A program made the translations under genes and the position numbers. The notes under the pieces were generated by a model that was given only the letters and a program-made list of their open reading frames with translations, made no database searches and had not been told where the DNA came from. Positions 49,136-59,627 of a stretch of DNA of 64,000 nucleotides are shown here, one piece after another (positions within the stretch are counted from its first letter, which is position 1; each line of letters begins with the position of its first letter). The stretch lies in contig OZ243913.1 in NCBI GenBank assembly GCA_965213705.1, positions 3,712,001 to 3,776,000 of the forward strand. The letters are read 5' to 3'. Origin of the DNA: Trueperaceae bacterium. Its GTDB lineage: Bacteria; Deinococcota; Deinococci; Deinococcales; Trueperaceae.

Positions 49136-51448
49136 TTACTCTGCTTCGTTCAGCGCCCGCCACACCCGCTGCGGCGTCATCGGGATTTCGGTCAGGCGCA
49201 CGCCGACGGCGTCCCGGACCGCGTTGGCGAGGGCCGCCGCGCCCGCGGTGACCGGCGGCTCGCCCACGCCACGGGCTCCAAAGGGACCGTAGGGAGATTT
49301 GTTTTCAACCAGTACCGTTTCGATGTTCGGCACGTCCGCCGCTTTGGGCAGCGCGTACTCCGAGAAACTGCTGGTGAGGGGTTGGCCGTTGTCGGCGTAG
49401 GTCAGCGCCTCGAACAAGCCCATGCCGACGCCCTGCACCACGCCGCCGTGAACCTGCCCTTCGACCATCATCGGGTTGAGGGCGAAACCGACGTCCTGGA
49501 CGGCGACGTACTGTTTCAGCGTCACCGCGCCCGTCTCGCGGTCGACCGCCACTTTGACGAGGTGGGCGACCGTGCCGGGGGCGTTTTCCTGGACGGCGGC
49601 GCGGCCTTCGCCGACGAGCGGCCCGGCCCCGCCCGCCGTGCGCTCGGCCATCGTGGCGAGTTTGGCGAGCGCGACGGCCGAGGTCGGCACGCCCTTGACC
49701 TGCACTTTGCTCTCTTTGAGTTCCAGGTCTTCCAAACGCGCTTCTAAGTGTTCGGCGGCCAGCTCGAGCACCTTGGTGCGCACGTCCTTGGCCGCCTCGG
49801 CGACCGCGCCGGCGACGCTGTAGGTGACCTGCGAGCCGCCGCTGCCGGGGGCGAACGGCCCCATGTCGGTGTCGCCCTGGACGAGTTCTACCTCGTCGGG
49901 CGACACGCCCAACATCTCGGCGGCGACGAGGACGAGGCTGCTGTTGACACCGGAAATGTCCACCGAGCCGACCTGAATCCTCACCGTGCCGTCCGAGTCG
50001 ACGCGGCACAGCGACGCGGCCGGCGACATCGCGGTGGGCCAACTGCCGATGGCGATGCCGACGCCCTCGTTCTCGAGCGTGCTGCGCCCCGTCCAGGCCG
50101 GGTGCTGTTGCAAGTGCTCCAGACACTCTTTCAGACCCAAGCTCGGCCAGGGGGTGCCGTTCGTCATCGGGTCGCCGCCCTGGGCGACGTTTTTGAGGCG
50201 GAAAGCCAGGGGGTCGAGACCCAGGGCTCGAGCCAGCTCGTCGACGCACGACTCCATCGCAAAGGTGGTGTGCGGCGCGCCCGGCGCGCGGTAAGCGCCC
50301 ATCTCGGTTTTGTTGGTGATAACTTCCGTCGAGTCGATGCGCAAGTTCTCGACCCGGTAGTTGCTGCCCAAGAGCAGCGGCCACAAGCCGCCGAACCCAA
50401 AGGCGAACGCGCCCGCGTCGAGCACGGTTTCGGCCTTCAGCGCCGTCAGGGTGCCGTCTTTTTTGGCTCCGAGTTTCAGGGTGATGTGCGAGGCGGGCGC
50501 GGGCGTGGTGGACTGCATGTCCTCCGAGCGGCCCAGCACGAGCCGGACGGGTTTGTTCAGCGTGTAAGCCACCGCCGCCGCGAGCGGTTCGATGGTTCCG
50601 TACTTCGCCCCGAAGCCGCCGCCGACGGTCATCGGCACGACCCGAACGTTGCCGCGTTTCAGCCCGAGAATCCCGGCGACGCTGTTGCGCACACCGAATT
50701 GCCCCTGCGTGCTCGTGTAAACCGTCAGGCTTTCCGCCACCCGGTCAGGGTCGACCACGACCGACTGGGGCTCGAGGTAACCCTGGTAAGCGCTCGCCAG
50801 CCGAAAGGTGTGCTCCACGACCGCGTCGGCGGCTTGGAGCGCCGCCTCCACGTCGCCGCGTTCGTAGGTGCTCGTTTTGTAGACGTTCGAGGGTTTGCCC
50901 TCGGCCTCGTTTTCTTGCTCTTCGACGGCTGCGTGGGTGACGCCCGTTTCCCCGGCTTCGGGCAAGCCGTCCGGCCAGATGACCGGCGCGTCCGGGCTGG
51001 CGGCCTCGCTTAAGTCCGAGACGGCCGAGAGGGGTTCGTAGTCTATCCTCACCCGCGCCGCGCCGTCCTCGGCGGCGGCCTCGGTTTCAGCGACGACGGC
51101 GACTATCGGCTGGCCGACGAACAGCACCCGCTCTTTGGCTAGGACGGCGTCGCTCCGTGAAGTGATGGTGCGCCCGCCCGTCACCAGGTCTGCGGCTGTC
51201 AGCACGGCGACGACGCCCTTGACCGCCTCGGCCTCACTTTTGTCGACGCTGAGAATGTTCGCGTGCGCTTCGGTGCTCAGGACGGGCCGCAGGTGCAACA
51301 GGCCCGGCACGACCACGTCGCCCGCATAGCGCGCCCGGCCCGCGACCTTGCTCAAGCCCTCGAGCAGTTTCCTCGGTTTGCCCAAGTAGGTGTGGTCCTC
51401 CCCATGAGCGTAGGCACTGACCGGTTTCTGTTTTTCCAAGGTCGGCAT
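49136..51448 (-). CDS. Xanthine dehydrogenase family molybdopterin-binding subunit
   Basis: VGGGFGAK, AYRAPG, GSGGSQ, VEGQVHGG, GVGEPP. Confidence 0.92.
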   Translation of the reverse strand: MPTLEKQKPVSAYAHGEDHTYLGKPRKLLEGLSKVAGRARYAGDVVVPGLLHLRPVLSTEAHANILSVDKSEAEAVKGVVAVLTAADLVTGGRTITSRSDAVLAKERVLFVGQPIVAVVAETEAAAEDGAARVRIDYEPLSAVSDLSEAASPDAPVIWPDGLPEAGETGVTHAAVEEQENEAEGKPSNVYKTSTYERGDVEAALQAADAVVEHTFRLASAYQGYLEPQSVVVDPDRVAESLTVYTSTQGQFGVRNSVAGILGLKRGNVRVVPMTVGGGFGAKYGTIEPLAAAVAYTLNKPVRLVLGRSEDMQSTTPAPASHITLKLGAKKDGTLTALKAETVLDAGAFAFGFGGLWPLLLGSNYRVENLRIDSTEVITNKTEMGAYRAPGAPHTTFAMESCVDELARALGLDPLAFRLKNVAQGGDPMTNGTPWPSLGLKECLEHLQQHPAWTGRSTLENEGVGIAIGSWPTAMSPAASLCRVDSDGTVRIQVGSVDISGVNSSLVLVAAEMLGVSPDEVELVQGDTDMGPFAPGSGGSQVTYSVAGAVAEAAKDVRTKVLELAAEHLEARLEDLELKESKVQVKGVPTSAVALAKLATMAERTAGGAGPLVGEGRAAVQENAPGTVAHLVKVAVDRETGAVTLKQYVAVQDVGFALNPMMVEGQVHGGVVQGVGMGLFEALTYADNGQPLTSSFSEYALPKAADVPNIETVLVENKSPYGPFGARGVGEPPVTAGAAALANAVRDAVGVRLTEIPMTPQRVWRALNEAE

Positions 51449-51577
51449 AAACCCCTCCTCCGCTAAAGCTGGTCTGAGTTTACGACGAAAAAGGGGAGAA
51501 AGCCCTACCGACCGACACGAGCCGAGAGAAAGCGGTTTCTCAGCGGGTTCGCCGAGCGCTCAGCGACCTTTGTCGGC

Positions 51578-51616
51578 AAAAAAACACCCGCCGCGCTTTG
51601 ACGCTCACGGCGGGTG
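51578..51616 (-). terminator. Intrinsic terminator closing the small-protein operon
   Basis: On minus: cacccgccg...cggcgggtg-ttttttt. Confidence 0.8.
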
Positions 51617-51637
51617 GTCGGGTTGTTCGTCGTTCAT

Positions 51638-51829
51638 TCAGCGGACGTTCAGGGTGGCGTCAAGCTTCGGCGCGGGCTCGAGCCGCTCGGCCAAGCGGTG
51701 CAAGCCGGCGGCGAAACGGGCGCGAAAGCTGGGGCGCGAGGCGGCGACCAGGTGGTCGCGCGCGGCCTCTTGCCGGTACTGCTCTACGCGCGCGGCGGCT
51801 TGTCTATAAACGACGTCATGTACGAACAT
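51638..51829 (-). CDS. 63-aa small protein (REAE family)
   Basis: GAGG RBS; RVEQYRQEAA...SFRARFAAGLHRLAERLEP. Confidence 0.7.
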   Translation of the reverse strand: MFVHDVVYRQAAARVEQYRQEAARDHLVAASRPSFRARFAAGLHRLAERLEPAPKLDATLNVR

Positions 51830-52001
51830 GGCGGCCTCTAGTTTCTCCTCGAACGGCGTCGGGCTCGACGAACTCGGCAACGCTTGTCAAGAAACGGGCG
51901 AAGCTGTGTCTGAGGCTCGGGCTGAGGCGCCTCACCTCGGCTTCTCGGTGGAAGCGGGCAACACGCTCTTCAGCCTGCGCGGCGGTTATTTCGTTGAACA
52001 T
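51816..52001 (-). CDS. 61-aa small protein (REAE family)
   Basis: AAGGAG RBS; RVARFHREAEVRR...SLRHSFARFLTSVAEFVEP. Confidence 0.7.
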   Translation of the reverse strand: MFNEITAAQAEERVARFHREAEVRRLSPSLRHSFARFLTSVAEFVEPDAVRGETRGRHVRT

Positions 52002-52054
52002 ACTTTCTCCTTGTGGGCCGAACCGCCGCGCTGCTACGCTGTACATGTGTTCGC

Positions 52055-52195
52055 TCAGCGGTTGGTCCAGTGTTTGAGGTGCTTGGGTTGGCGCTCGACG
52101 TCCGGGTAGGTGGTCACCAGACGGTTTTGCCAGTTGATGCGCCGCAGGTCCGTCATGCGGTCTTTGGCGATTTGCAGGGCAAAGGTGTTTAACAT
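52055..52195 (-). CDS. 46-aa small protein MLNTFALQIAKDRMTDLRRINWQNRLVTTYPDVERQPKHLKHWTNR
   Basis: Strong AAGGAGG RBS; too short for the ORF track. Confidence 0.6.
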   Translation of the reverse strand: MLNTFALQIAKDRMTDLRRINWQNRLVTTYPDVERQPKHLKHWTNR

Positions 52196-52241
52196 GCTGT
52201 CCTCCTTTCTTTGGCTTGAAAACGGGGTTTAATGGGGCGTT

Positions 52242-52268
52242 AAAAAACCCGGCGTTGTCGGCGCCGGG
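52242..52268 (-). terminator. Attenuator-type terminator upstream of the small ORFs
   Basis: On minus: cccggcg-ccgacaa-cgccggg-tttttt. Confidence 0.75.
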
Positions 52269-52290
52269 GAGTCGTTGCGGGTTGCAGAGC

Positions 52291-52404
52291 TTAGCGCTCT
52301 AGCTCCCACCAACTGTCCCCTGCAGGCGCAAGGATGTCCGCACTGCAACCGCGAACTGACAAGCGTTCGGTTTGTTGCGATAGGCTTTGCTGCATCGGAG
52401 TCAT
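52291..52404 (-). CDS. Candidate leader peptide (37 aa, ends SWWELER)
   Basis: ATG after GAGAGGCAGG; lies between the promoter and the terminator. Confidence 0.5.
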   Translation of the reverse strand: MTPMQQSLSQQTERLSVRGCSADILAPAGDSWWELER

Positions 52405-52448
52405 CTGCGCACCTGCCTCTCTCGCCCGGGTTGGGCGGTTACTTGATT

Positions 52449-52477
52449 ATGATAGCAGAGATATGCCGAATATTCAA
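52449..52477 (-). promoter_or_regulatory. Sigma70 promoter of the leader/small-protein unit
   Basis: TTGAAT-N17-TATCAT with TG extended -10. Confidence 0.65.
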
Positions 52478-52527
52478 GTGTATATTCACACGCTATCCGA
52501 ACCTTCTCAGCAGGCTTAAAATGCTCT

Positions 52528-53145
52528 ATGAAACCGCATTTTTCAAAGCCGACTTCGGAGCCGAGGTGTGCCTGGGTGACGGGCGACCCGCTTTACCTCG
52601 AGTACCACGACCGTGAGTGGGGCGTGCCGCTGCACGACGACGCAAAACTGTTCGAACTGCTCGTGCTCGAGACCTTCCAAGCCGGACTGAGCTGGCTGAC
52701 GGTGCTCAAAAAGCGCGAGAACTTCCGGACAGCTTTCGACCACTTCGACGCTTCTAAAATGGCGCGCTACGACGGGGCAACGCTTGAAACCCTGCTGCAA
52801 AACCCCGGCATCGTCCGCAACCGCCTCAAGCTGCGCGCGGCGGTGGAAAACGCTCGAGCTTTCTTGAAGGTGCAAGAAACGTTCGGCTCGTTTGCAGGCT
52901 ACCTGTGGGACTTTATCGGCGGCGCACCCGTCCTCAACACTTGGGAGAGCAGCGCAGAGGTTCCCGCCGCCACGCCGCTCTCAGACCTTCTAAGCCGGGA
53001 CCTCAAACGGCGCGGCTTCAGCTTCGTCGGGCCGACCGTCGTCTACGCGTTCATGCAGGCGTCCGGCATGGTCATGGACCACACGACCGGCTGCTTTAGA
53101 CACGACGAACTCAGCCGCGAAGGGTTCAGGGAAAAGTCGCCGTGA
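52528..53145 (+). CDS. tag: DNA-3-methyladenine glycosylase I
   Basis: RCAW, YHDREWG, LETFQAGLSW, IVRNRLK, FVGPT, DH..GC. Confidence 0.95.
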   Translation: MKPHFSKPTSEPRCAWVTGDPLYLEYHDREWGVPLHDDAKLFELLVLETFQAGLSWLTVLKKRENFRTAFDHFDASKMARYDGATLETLLQNPGIVRNRLKLRAAVENARAFLKVQETFGSFAGYLWDFIGGAPVLNTWESSAEVPAATPLSDLLSRDLKRRGFSFVGPTVVYAFMQASGMVMDHTTGCFRHDELSREGFREKSP

Positions 53146-54163
53146 CCGTTTTGTCGCCGGTCATTTCAAGCGTGCAGGTGTCCTCTTGGAGACGGTCACA
53201 CCCGTTCCAGTTCAGCAAGACGCCGTCGGTGGCCTGCAAGGTCACGTTCGTCCCCACCTCGAAAATTTCGGTGCAGTCGCCGCCCGAGCGGGTACAGTTG
53301 ACGGTGTTGACGGGTGTAACGCTCGCGACGGTGCCGCCGCCGTTCACCTTCACCGTGAGGGTGGCGCTGGGTCTCACCTCGACCTTGACTTTTTTCTCGA
53401 CGCTGCCGAACTCGCTTTCAACTCTCAACGTGTAAGTCGTGGTGCCGCTCGGGCTGACGAGGGCGTTCGTCCGACCGGTCACGTCACCTACGGCTGGGGC
53501 AAGCTTGAGCTTTATCTCGCCCTTGCCCGCGACCTTCCACTCGAGCCGCGCGCTCTGACCGGCCAAAATCGACGGCGGCGTGACCGTGAAGCTTTTTAGA
53601 GTAGGCGGCGGAAAGGTAAAGTCGGCGACGACGTTTCGGTCGGCGGTCAGCTCGAGCAAACACACCACGCCCGTGCCGCTGCAGTCACCTTCCCAACCCT
53701 TGAAGAGCGCACCTTCGTCGGGAATCGCCTGAACGCTGACCTTGAGGCCTTTTTTGTAAACCTCTGCGCAGTCGTCGCCACAGTCGATGCCCTCGGGCGT
53801 GCTGACGACGCGGCCCTGCGCGGCCCCCGTCCGGGTGACGTTCAAGCTGTACCGGGTCCGCTCGAACGCGGCCGTGACCGTTTTGGGCGCGTCCAGCAAG
53901 ACTTGGCAGCTCGAGCCCGTACAAGCGCCGCCCCAGGCCGTAAACCCGGAGGTGGGGTTAGGTTGGGCCTCGAGCACCACCCGCGTGCCTCCGTCAAAGC
54001 TGCCGGTGCAGGTCTGGGCGCGACAGGTTAGGCCGGGCGGTCGGCTCGTCACCGTGCCGACCCCGTCGCCGGTCAGGTTTACGGTCAGTTCGACTTGGGG
54101 CGCGCCGCAAGCCGCCAGGCCCAGCAGGGTCGCAAGCAAAAACCACAAACGTGCGTTTTTCAT
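53126..54163 (-). CDS. Lipoprotein with divergent InlB B-repeat-like Cys-containing domains
   Basis: Lipobox LAAC; three repeats G.G.V.S.P.G..C...C...F.GW.G.C...V.A.F. Confidence 0.75.
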   Translation of the reverse strand: MKNARLWFLLATLLGLAACGAPQVELTVNLTGDGVGTVTSRPPGLTCRAQTCTGSFDGGTRVVLEAQPNPTSGFTAWGGACTGSSCQVLLDAPKTVTAAFERTRYSLNVTRTGAAQGRVVSTPEGIDCGDDCAEVYKKGLKVSVQAIPDEGALFKGWEGDCSGTGVVCLLELTADRNVVADFTFPPPTLKSFTVTPPSILAGQSARLEWKVAGKGEIKLKLAPAVGDVTGRTNALVSPSGTTTYTLRVESEFGSVEKKVKVEVRPSATLTVKVNGGGTVASVTPVNTVNCTRSGGDCTEIFEVGTNVTLQATDGVLLNWNGCDRLQEDTCTLEMTGDKTVTATFP

Positions 54164-54369
54164 CCTCAACTCCTAACGCAAACACGACGAACAAAGTTCG
54201 CTAGGTTGCCGAATCATACCTTTTAGGACGCCGGGTAAACATTAAGTTTGAGGGTTGTCGACTTAGGAGCTTGCGCCTTTAGGCCGGCGGGCCGTAAGAA
54301 TCCCGTTATAACGCTTCACCTAAACTCGAGCTGTGGGCTTGACTTGTTTCACCTAGCGGCGGTCCCGCC

Positions 54370-57300
54370 GTGCTGAGCGGTCCCGGAATAGCCGCCCTTC
54401 AAGCCGTTGCCGAACGCGGCGCGCGGCAAGACGCCGCAACGCTGCGCCCCGTGGGTTCGGTCGGCGCTCACGGCGCGCCGGACACCCTGGCGTCGGCAAC
54501 CGAACTCACGCTCGTCGAGCACTTGGGCGAGGGCGTGCTGCTGACCGACCTCGACGACACCGTCCTCTACGCCAACGCGCAGATTTTGGAACTCACCGGG
54601 TACACCCTGGCCGAGATGCTCGGTCGGCCCGCGTACACGCTGCTGTTGCCCGAGGCGCAGTGGCCGGACATCCGCGCGCCCGCTACCGCGGCAAAACCGA
54701 GCGCTACGAGGTCGAGTTGCAGCGCAAAGACGGCAGCCGTTTTTGGGCCGAGGTGACCGGCACACCGCGACGCGACGCCGCGGGCGAGGTCGTCGGGACG
54801 CTCGGGGTCGTCAGCGACGTCAGCGAGCGCAAAGCCGCCGAAGCGCAGCTGCAACAACAAAACGCCTACCTAGCGGCCCTTCACGAAACCTCGCTCGGGC
54901 TGATGCGGCGTTTGGAACTCGGCGAGCTGTTGGAAACGATAGTCGCCCGCGCGACCGACCTCGCCCAGGCAGCGCACGGCTTCGTGTACCTTGTCGGCGA
55001 AGACGGCCGCAGCATGAAAATCATGGCGGGCGTCGGCTTGTTCGCGAGCTACCGCGAACTTCACCTGCGGCCCGGTCAGGGTGTGGCCGGTCACGTCTGG
55101 GCGACGGGCGAGCCCCTGGCGGTTCAAGACTACGCGCTCTGGCCCGAACGCGTGGGCGACCGGCGCCTTGTCACGCTCAAGACCGTCGTCGGGGTGCCGC
55201 TGCGTTCGGACCCCCGCTCGGACAGGGTCACTGGCGTCATCGGCGTCGCCTACGACAGGTCCGTCCCGACCACGGCGCAAACGACGGAGTTGCTCGGCAG
55301 CTTTGCCAAGCTGGCCGCCATCGCCCTCGACAACGCGCGGCTTTACAGCCACGCGCAGAGCGAACTGCAAGCGCGCGTCCGCAAAGAAGCCAGACTGCTC
55401 GAGAGCGAGCAGCGCCACCGCGAGCTGTTTTTAGAAGCTCGGCAGCAGGCCAAAGAACTGCAACTCCTCGACAAGGTGCGTTGCGCCGTCGCCGCCGAAC
55501 TGGAGCTTGACAGCCTGCTGCGCACCACCGTCGGGGCCGTCGCCGACACCTTCGGCTACGCGCTCGTGAGCTTGTACTTGCTGCGGGGCGAGGCGCTGCA
55601 CCTGCAGCACCAGGTCGGTTACCACCAGGTCATCAAGACGGTGCCGCTCGAGTGCGGCGTGATTGGGCACGTAGCCCGCAACGGCGAGCCGGCGCTGCTC
55701 GAAGACGTCCGCAGCGACCCCAGGTTTTTAGGCGCCGTGGGCGGCATCGTTTCGGAGATTTGTGTACCTTTTTTTGATCAGGGCCTGGTCGCCGGCGTTA
55801 TCAACGTCGAAACCACGCACAACGTCACCTTGACCGGAGCCGACTTGCGGCTCATGACCGCGCTGGGGTCGCAAATCAGTGTTGCGGTCGAAAAAGCCCG
55901 GCTGCACGCGCGCACCAAGGCCGACCTAAAGCGCGCCCACGCCCTCTACCGGGTGAGCCAGGCCGTCGCGACCTCGAACACGGTTGCCGTTCTGTTGGAA
56001 CGGGTTGCGCGCGACGTTGCCACCGCGGTCGACGCCGACCGGGTAGCCGCTTACGCGCTCGACGTGGGTAGGCGCGAGGTTTTTGCGGCGAGCGTGAGCG
56101 CGTCGGCGAGTGTGCGTCCAGGGGCGGCGCCGCTGGAACCTTTAGGTTTCGAGGCGCTGTGGGCGGGCTCGCTGGGCCAGGCGCTGCGGGAACGGCGCAC
56201 GGTCTCAGGTCCGGGAGGGGCCGACGCGGCGCTGGCGGTCCCGCTACTGTTCGAAGACAAACCGTTGGGAGGTTTGACCCTTTGCAAACACCGCGGCGCG
56301 CCCGACTTTGACAGCGACGACCGCCAACTCCTAGAAGCCATCGCCAACCAGGTCGCGGTCGCCGTGGAGCAGCGGCACCTGCTCGACCGGCTCGAGCACC
56401 AGGCCTACCACGACGCCCTCACCGGGCTGCCCAACCGCCTTTTGTTCGAAGACCGTTTGGCGCAGGCCGTCGCCCGCTCGGGTCGCAGCGGGCAACCCTT
56501 CGCGCTGCTGTTCGTCGACCTCGACGAGTTCAAACACGTCAACGACACCTTCGGGCACCACGTCGGCGACGGCCTGCTGCGGCAGGTCGCCGCGCGGCTC
56601 GGCGGCTGTTTGCGCCAGGGAGACACGCTAGCGCGCATGGGCGGCGACGAGTTCGCCCTCGTCTTGACCGACTTGGGCAGCGCCGACGGCGTGCGCGTCG
56701 CGCAGCGTTACTTAGAACTGTTCAAACACCCGTTCTGCACCGAAGGCCACGAGCTGTTCGTCACCGCCAGCATCGGCGCTTGTATCTATCCCAAGGACGG
56801 AACCGACGCCTCAGTTCTGCTTCAGCACTCGGACAGCGCCATGTACAACGCTAAAACGCACGGCAAAAACGCGGTGCGCGGCTTTACGCCCGAGCTAGGT
56901 CAACAAGCGCGCGAGCGCCGCGCCCTCGAGCGCGACCTGCGCTTCGCCCTAGAGCGCGGTGAGTTGGCGCTTTACTATCAACCTCAGCTCGAGCTTGAGA
57001 CCTGCGGCGTGGTCGGCTTCGAGGCGCTGCTGCGCTGGCACCACCCCGAGCGCGGGGCTGTGCCGCCGAGCGACTTTATCCCCGTCGCCGAAGCGTCGGG
57101 GTTGATTGTGCCCATCGGCGCGTGGGTGCTGCGTGAAGCCTGTCGCCAAAACGCCGCCTGGCAGCGCGCCGGACGGCCGCCGGTGCGCGTGGCGGTCAAC
57201 GTCTCGGCGCTGCAATTCACCCGCGCCGACTTTATCGACACGGTGCTCGCCGCCCTTGGTGAGAGCGGTCTAGCGCCCGCTTTTTTGGAACTCGAGGTGA

Positions 57301-57695
57301 CCGAGAGCGTGGTGATGTTCGACTTGGAGCTGGTTGTCGAGCGCTTGCAAACTCTCCGCGACTTGGGCGTCCGGGTCGCCGTGGACGACTTCGGGACCGG
57401 CTACTCGTCGCTGCGCTACCTGCAAGAATTGCCGCTCGACAGCCTAAAAATCGACCGCTCGTTCGTCGGCCTCGTCGGGTCCGAGGGTAAGCCGCCCGCC
57501 CTCGTGGGCCTCATCGTCAAACTCGCCGAGGTGATGGCGCTCCGGGTTGTCGCCGAAGGCGTCGAAACCGCCGCGCAGCTCGAGTACCTGCGCAGTCTCG
57601 GCTGCCACGAGGTGCAGGGCTACCACGTCGGCAAACCTCAGACCGGCGACAAGGTGTGGCCGATGCAAGAACGGCTGAAAGAGCTGGCGGGTTAG
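54370..57695 (+). CDS. PAS-GAF-GAF-GAF-GGDEF-EAL c-di-GMP protein, frameshifted within PAS near 54680 (possible pseudogene)
   Basis: PAS N-half in ORF 54370 (EGVLLTD..YAN..TGY..EMLGR), C-half in ORF 54660 (RKDGSRFW); intact GGDEF with RxxD, EAL, DDFGTGYSS. Confidence 0.85.
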
Positions 57696-57807
57696 CTTAG
57701 TTGACGTTCGTCCTTTGGGAAAAGAGGCGGGAAGTAGACTCGAGACACTGGCGCTTGGCACGTTTGTCACGACAGAGGGCGGCAAAACTTGCGCAGGTAA
57801 GTCGAAA

Positions 57808-57954
57808 TAGCTCTTCCACTTGACATTGAAACAAATTGGTGAGACAAATCGGCTTTGACCTTACCCTCCTTTTGAGGGAAGGGAAGGTAGCCCTGTAGGG
57901 GTCTACTTCTGAACTTGCGCGTTGGTACGTCTCAATCGCTCCTGGAACCGCTGA
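57808..57954. repeat. ~145-bp dispersed structured repeat, copy 2
   Basis: Aligns with 29646-29769; carries an extra 13-bp internal duplication. Confidence 0.85.
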
Positions 57955-57975
57955 AACGCCTGCAGGATGCCAGCT

Positions 57976-58815
57976 TCAGCGCGCCATTTTTAGAGCTATC
58001 ATCCGCCCCGTGGGCGTGTCGGCGACGCCACCCTCGCCGGTTTCGCGCAACTCGGGCGGCAACATCCGCCCGACCGAGGCCATCGCCGCCACGACCTCGT
58101 CGGGCGGGATGACGCTTTCCAGCCCAGCCAGCGCGAGTTGCGCCGAACTGACCGCGTGGACGCTGTAGAACGCGTTGCGCGACACGCAGGGCACCTCGAC
58201 GTAACCGCCGACCGGGTCGCAGACCAAACCGATGGTGTTCATGAGCGCCATCGTCGCGGCGTGAATGGCCTGTTTGGCCGCACCGCCGAGCAGTTCGCAC
58301 ACCGCCGCCGCCGCCATCGCCGCCGACGAGCCGATTTCCGCCTGACAGCCGCCACTGGCCCCCGCGATAAACATGCTCTTGCTGATAATTTGCCCGACGC
58401 CCGCCGACAACACGAGCGGCATGACCACGGCCTCGTCGTCCAGCCCTAAGTGGTCGGCCACCCCGAGCAGCGCGCCCGGCAGCGTACCCGCGCTGCCCGC
58501 GGTCGGCGCGGCGACAATTCGGCCCATGCGCGCGTTTTCCTCGTTGACGGCCATCGCGTAAGCCTGCACGCGTTTTAAGAGGGGGGCTTGCAACTTGTCT
58601 TGACTTTCCCACAGCGTTTTCGCGTTCCAGCCGACCATGCCCGTTCTGGACGGTTTGTCGGAGCGCAAACCGCGCTCGACCGAGTCGCGCATTTCGGTGA
58701 GGCGCGCGCGCATCTTGTCCAAAAGCTCGTCGCGCTCGGCCTCGTTCAAACCCTCTTCGGCCAACACGGCGGTGGAGGCGGGACCGGCAACCTCGGCAAG
58801 TTCGTTTAAATTCAC
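57976..58815 (-). CDS. sdaAA: L-serine dehydratase, Fe-S dependent, alpha subunit
   Basis: [52 protein letters not shown]. Confidence 0.95.
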   Translation of the reverse strand: MNLNELAEVAGPASTAVLAEEGLNEAERDELLDKMRARLTEMRDSVERGLRSDKPSRTGMVGWNAKTLWESQDKLQAPLLKRVQAYAMAVNEENARMGRIVAAPTAGSAGTLPGALLGVADHLGLDDEAVVMPLVLSAGVGQIISKSMFIAGASGGCQAEIGSSAAMAAAAVCELLGGAAKQAIHAATMALMNTIGLVCDPVGGYVEVPCVSRNAFYSVHAVSSAQLALAGLESVIPPDEVVAAMASVGRMLPPELRETGEGGVADTPTGRMIALKMAR

Positions 58816-59576
58816 CTTGTGTCCTCCTTTACCGCGTCGCCGCTCATCACTTCGGGCAGCAGGCGCAACCAGCTCACCGAAGGCAAGCCGGACAAGTAGT
58901 CGCGGGCGTAGCCGCCCAGGGGCCGGTCTATTTCGAGCGACATCAGCGCCTTGCCGCCGCGGCGTTTGCGGGCGCTGTGCAAGGTGGCGATGTTGACGTG
59001 GTCGTCCGCCAACACGCGCGCCACGCTGGCGATGACGCCGGGCCGGTCGTCGTGTTCGACGAGCAGCGTGTGGTACGCGCCGGAAAAGTGTATTTCAAAA
59101 GAGTTGACGCTGAAAACTTTCACCAGACCGCCGCCCAAGCTCGAGCCCACCACCGTGACGCGTTCTGGCCCAGCCGCGTTCGTTCCAGTACCGTTCGTCC
59201 CGTCTTCAGTTGTTCCAGTCTCACTTGTCCCAGCCTCATTTGGTCCAGTCTCGAGGTCGAACTGCACCGTGTTCGGGTGAACGTCGCCCAAGTCCTTGCT
59301 GGCAAAATCGATGTCGAGCCCCCGTGCTGCGGCAAGCTCGAGCGCGTTCGGCAAGCGGTCGTCGTCGGGAAACAGCCCTAACAGGCCCGCCGCCAGGGCC
59401 AGGTGTGTGCCGTGGCCGTGGCCCGTCTTAGCGAACGAGCCGTGCAGCGTTAGTTGGGCGCGCGTGGGCGGCGCTCGCAGGGTAAAGCGTGCCAGCAGCG
59501 CCAGGCGGCAAGCTCCGGCGGTGTGGCTGCTCGAGGGGCCGACCATGACCGGACCGATAACGTCCAAAAGGCTCAT
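58812..59576 (-). CDS. sdaAB: L-serine dehydratase beta subunit with ACT domain
   Basis: [37 protein letters not shown]. Confidence 0.95.
   Translation of the reverse strand: MSLLDVIGPVMVGPSSSHTAGACRLALLARFTLRAPPTRAQLTLHGSFAKTGHGHGTHLALAAGLLGLFPDDDRLPNALELAAARGLDIDFASKDLGDVHPNTVQFDLETGPNEAGTSETGTTEDGTNGTGTNAAGPERVTVVGSSLGGGLVKVFSVNSFEIHFSGAYHTLLVEHDDRPGVIASVARVLADDHVNIATLHSARKRRGGKALMSLEIDRPLGGYARDYLSGLPSVSWLRLLPEVMSGDAVKEDTR
59163..59252 (-). repeat. 6 x degenerate 15-bp tandem repeat in frame in sdaAB
   Basis: Encodes [30 protein letters not shown]. Confidence 0.8.
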
Positions 59577-59627
59577 CGCCTCAGTTTAGTTTGTTTTGAG
59601 GTGTGCTTGCTGAAAACGGGACTTGAC

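Noticed and set aside
52291..52404. Classical trp-operon attenuator
   Set aside because: No trp biosynthesis or transport genes follow, and the predicted pairing logic is reversed; retained only as a novel attenuator candidate
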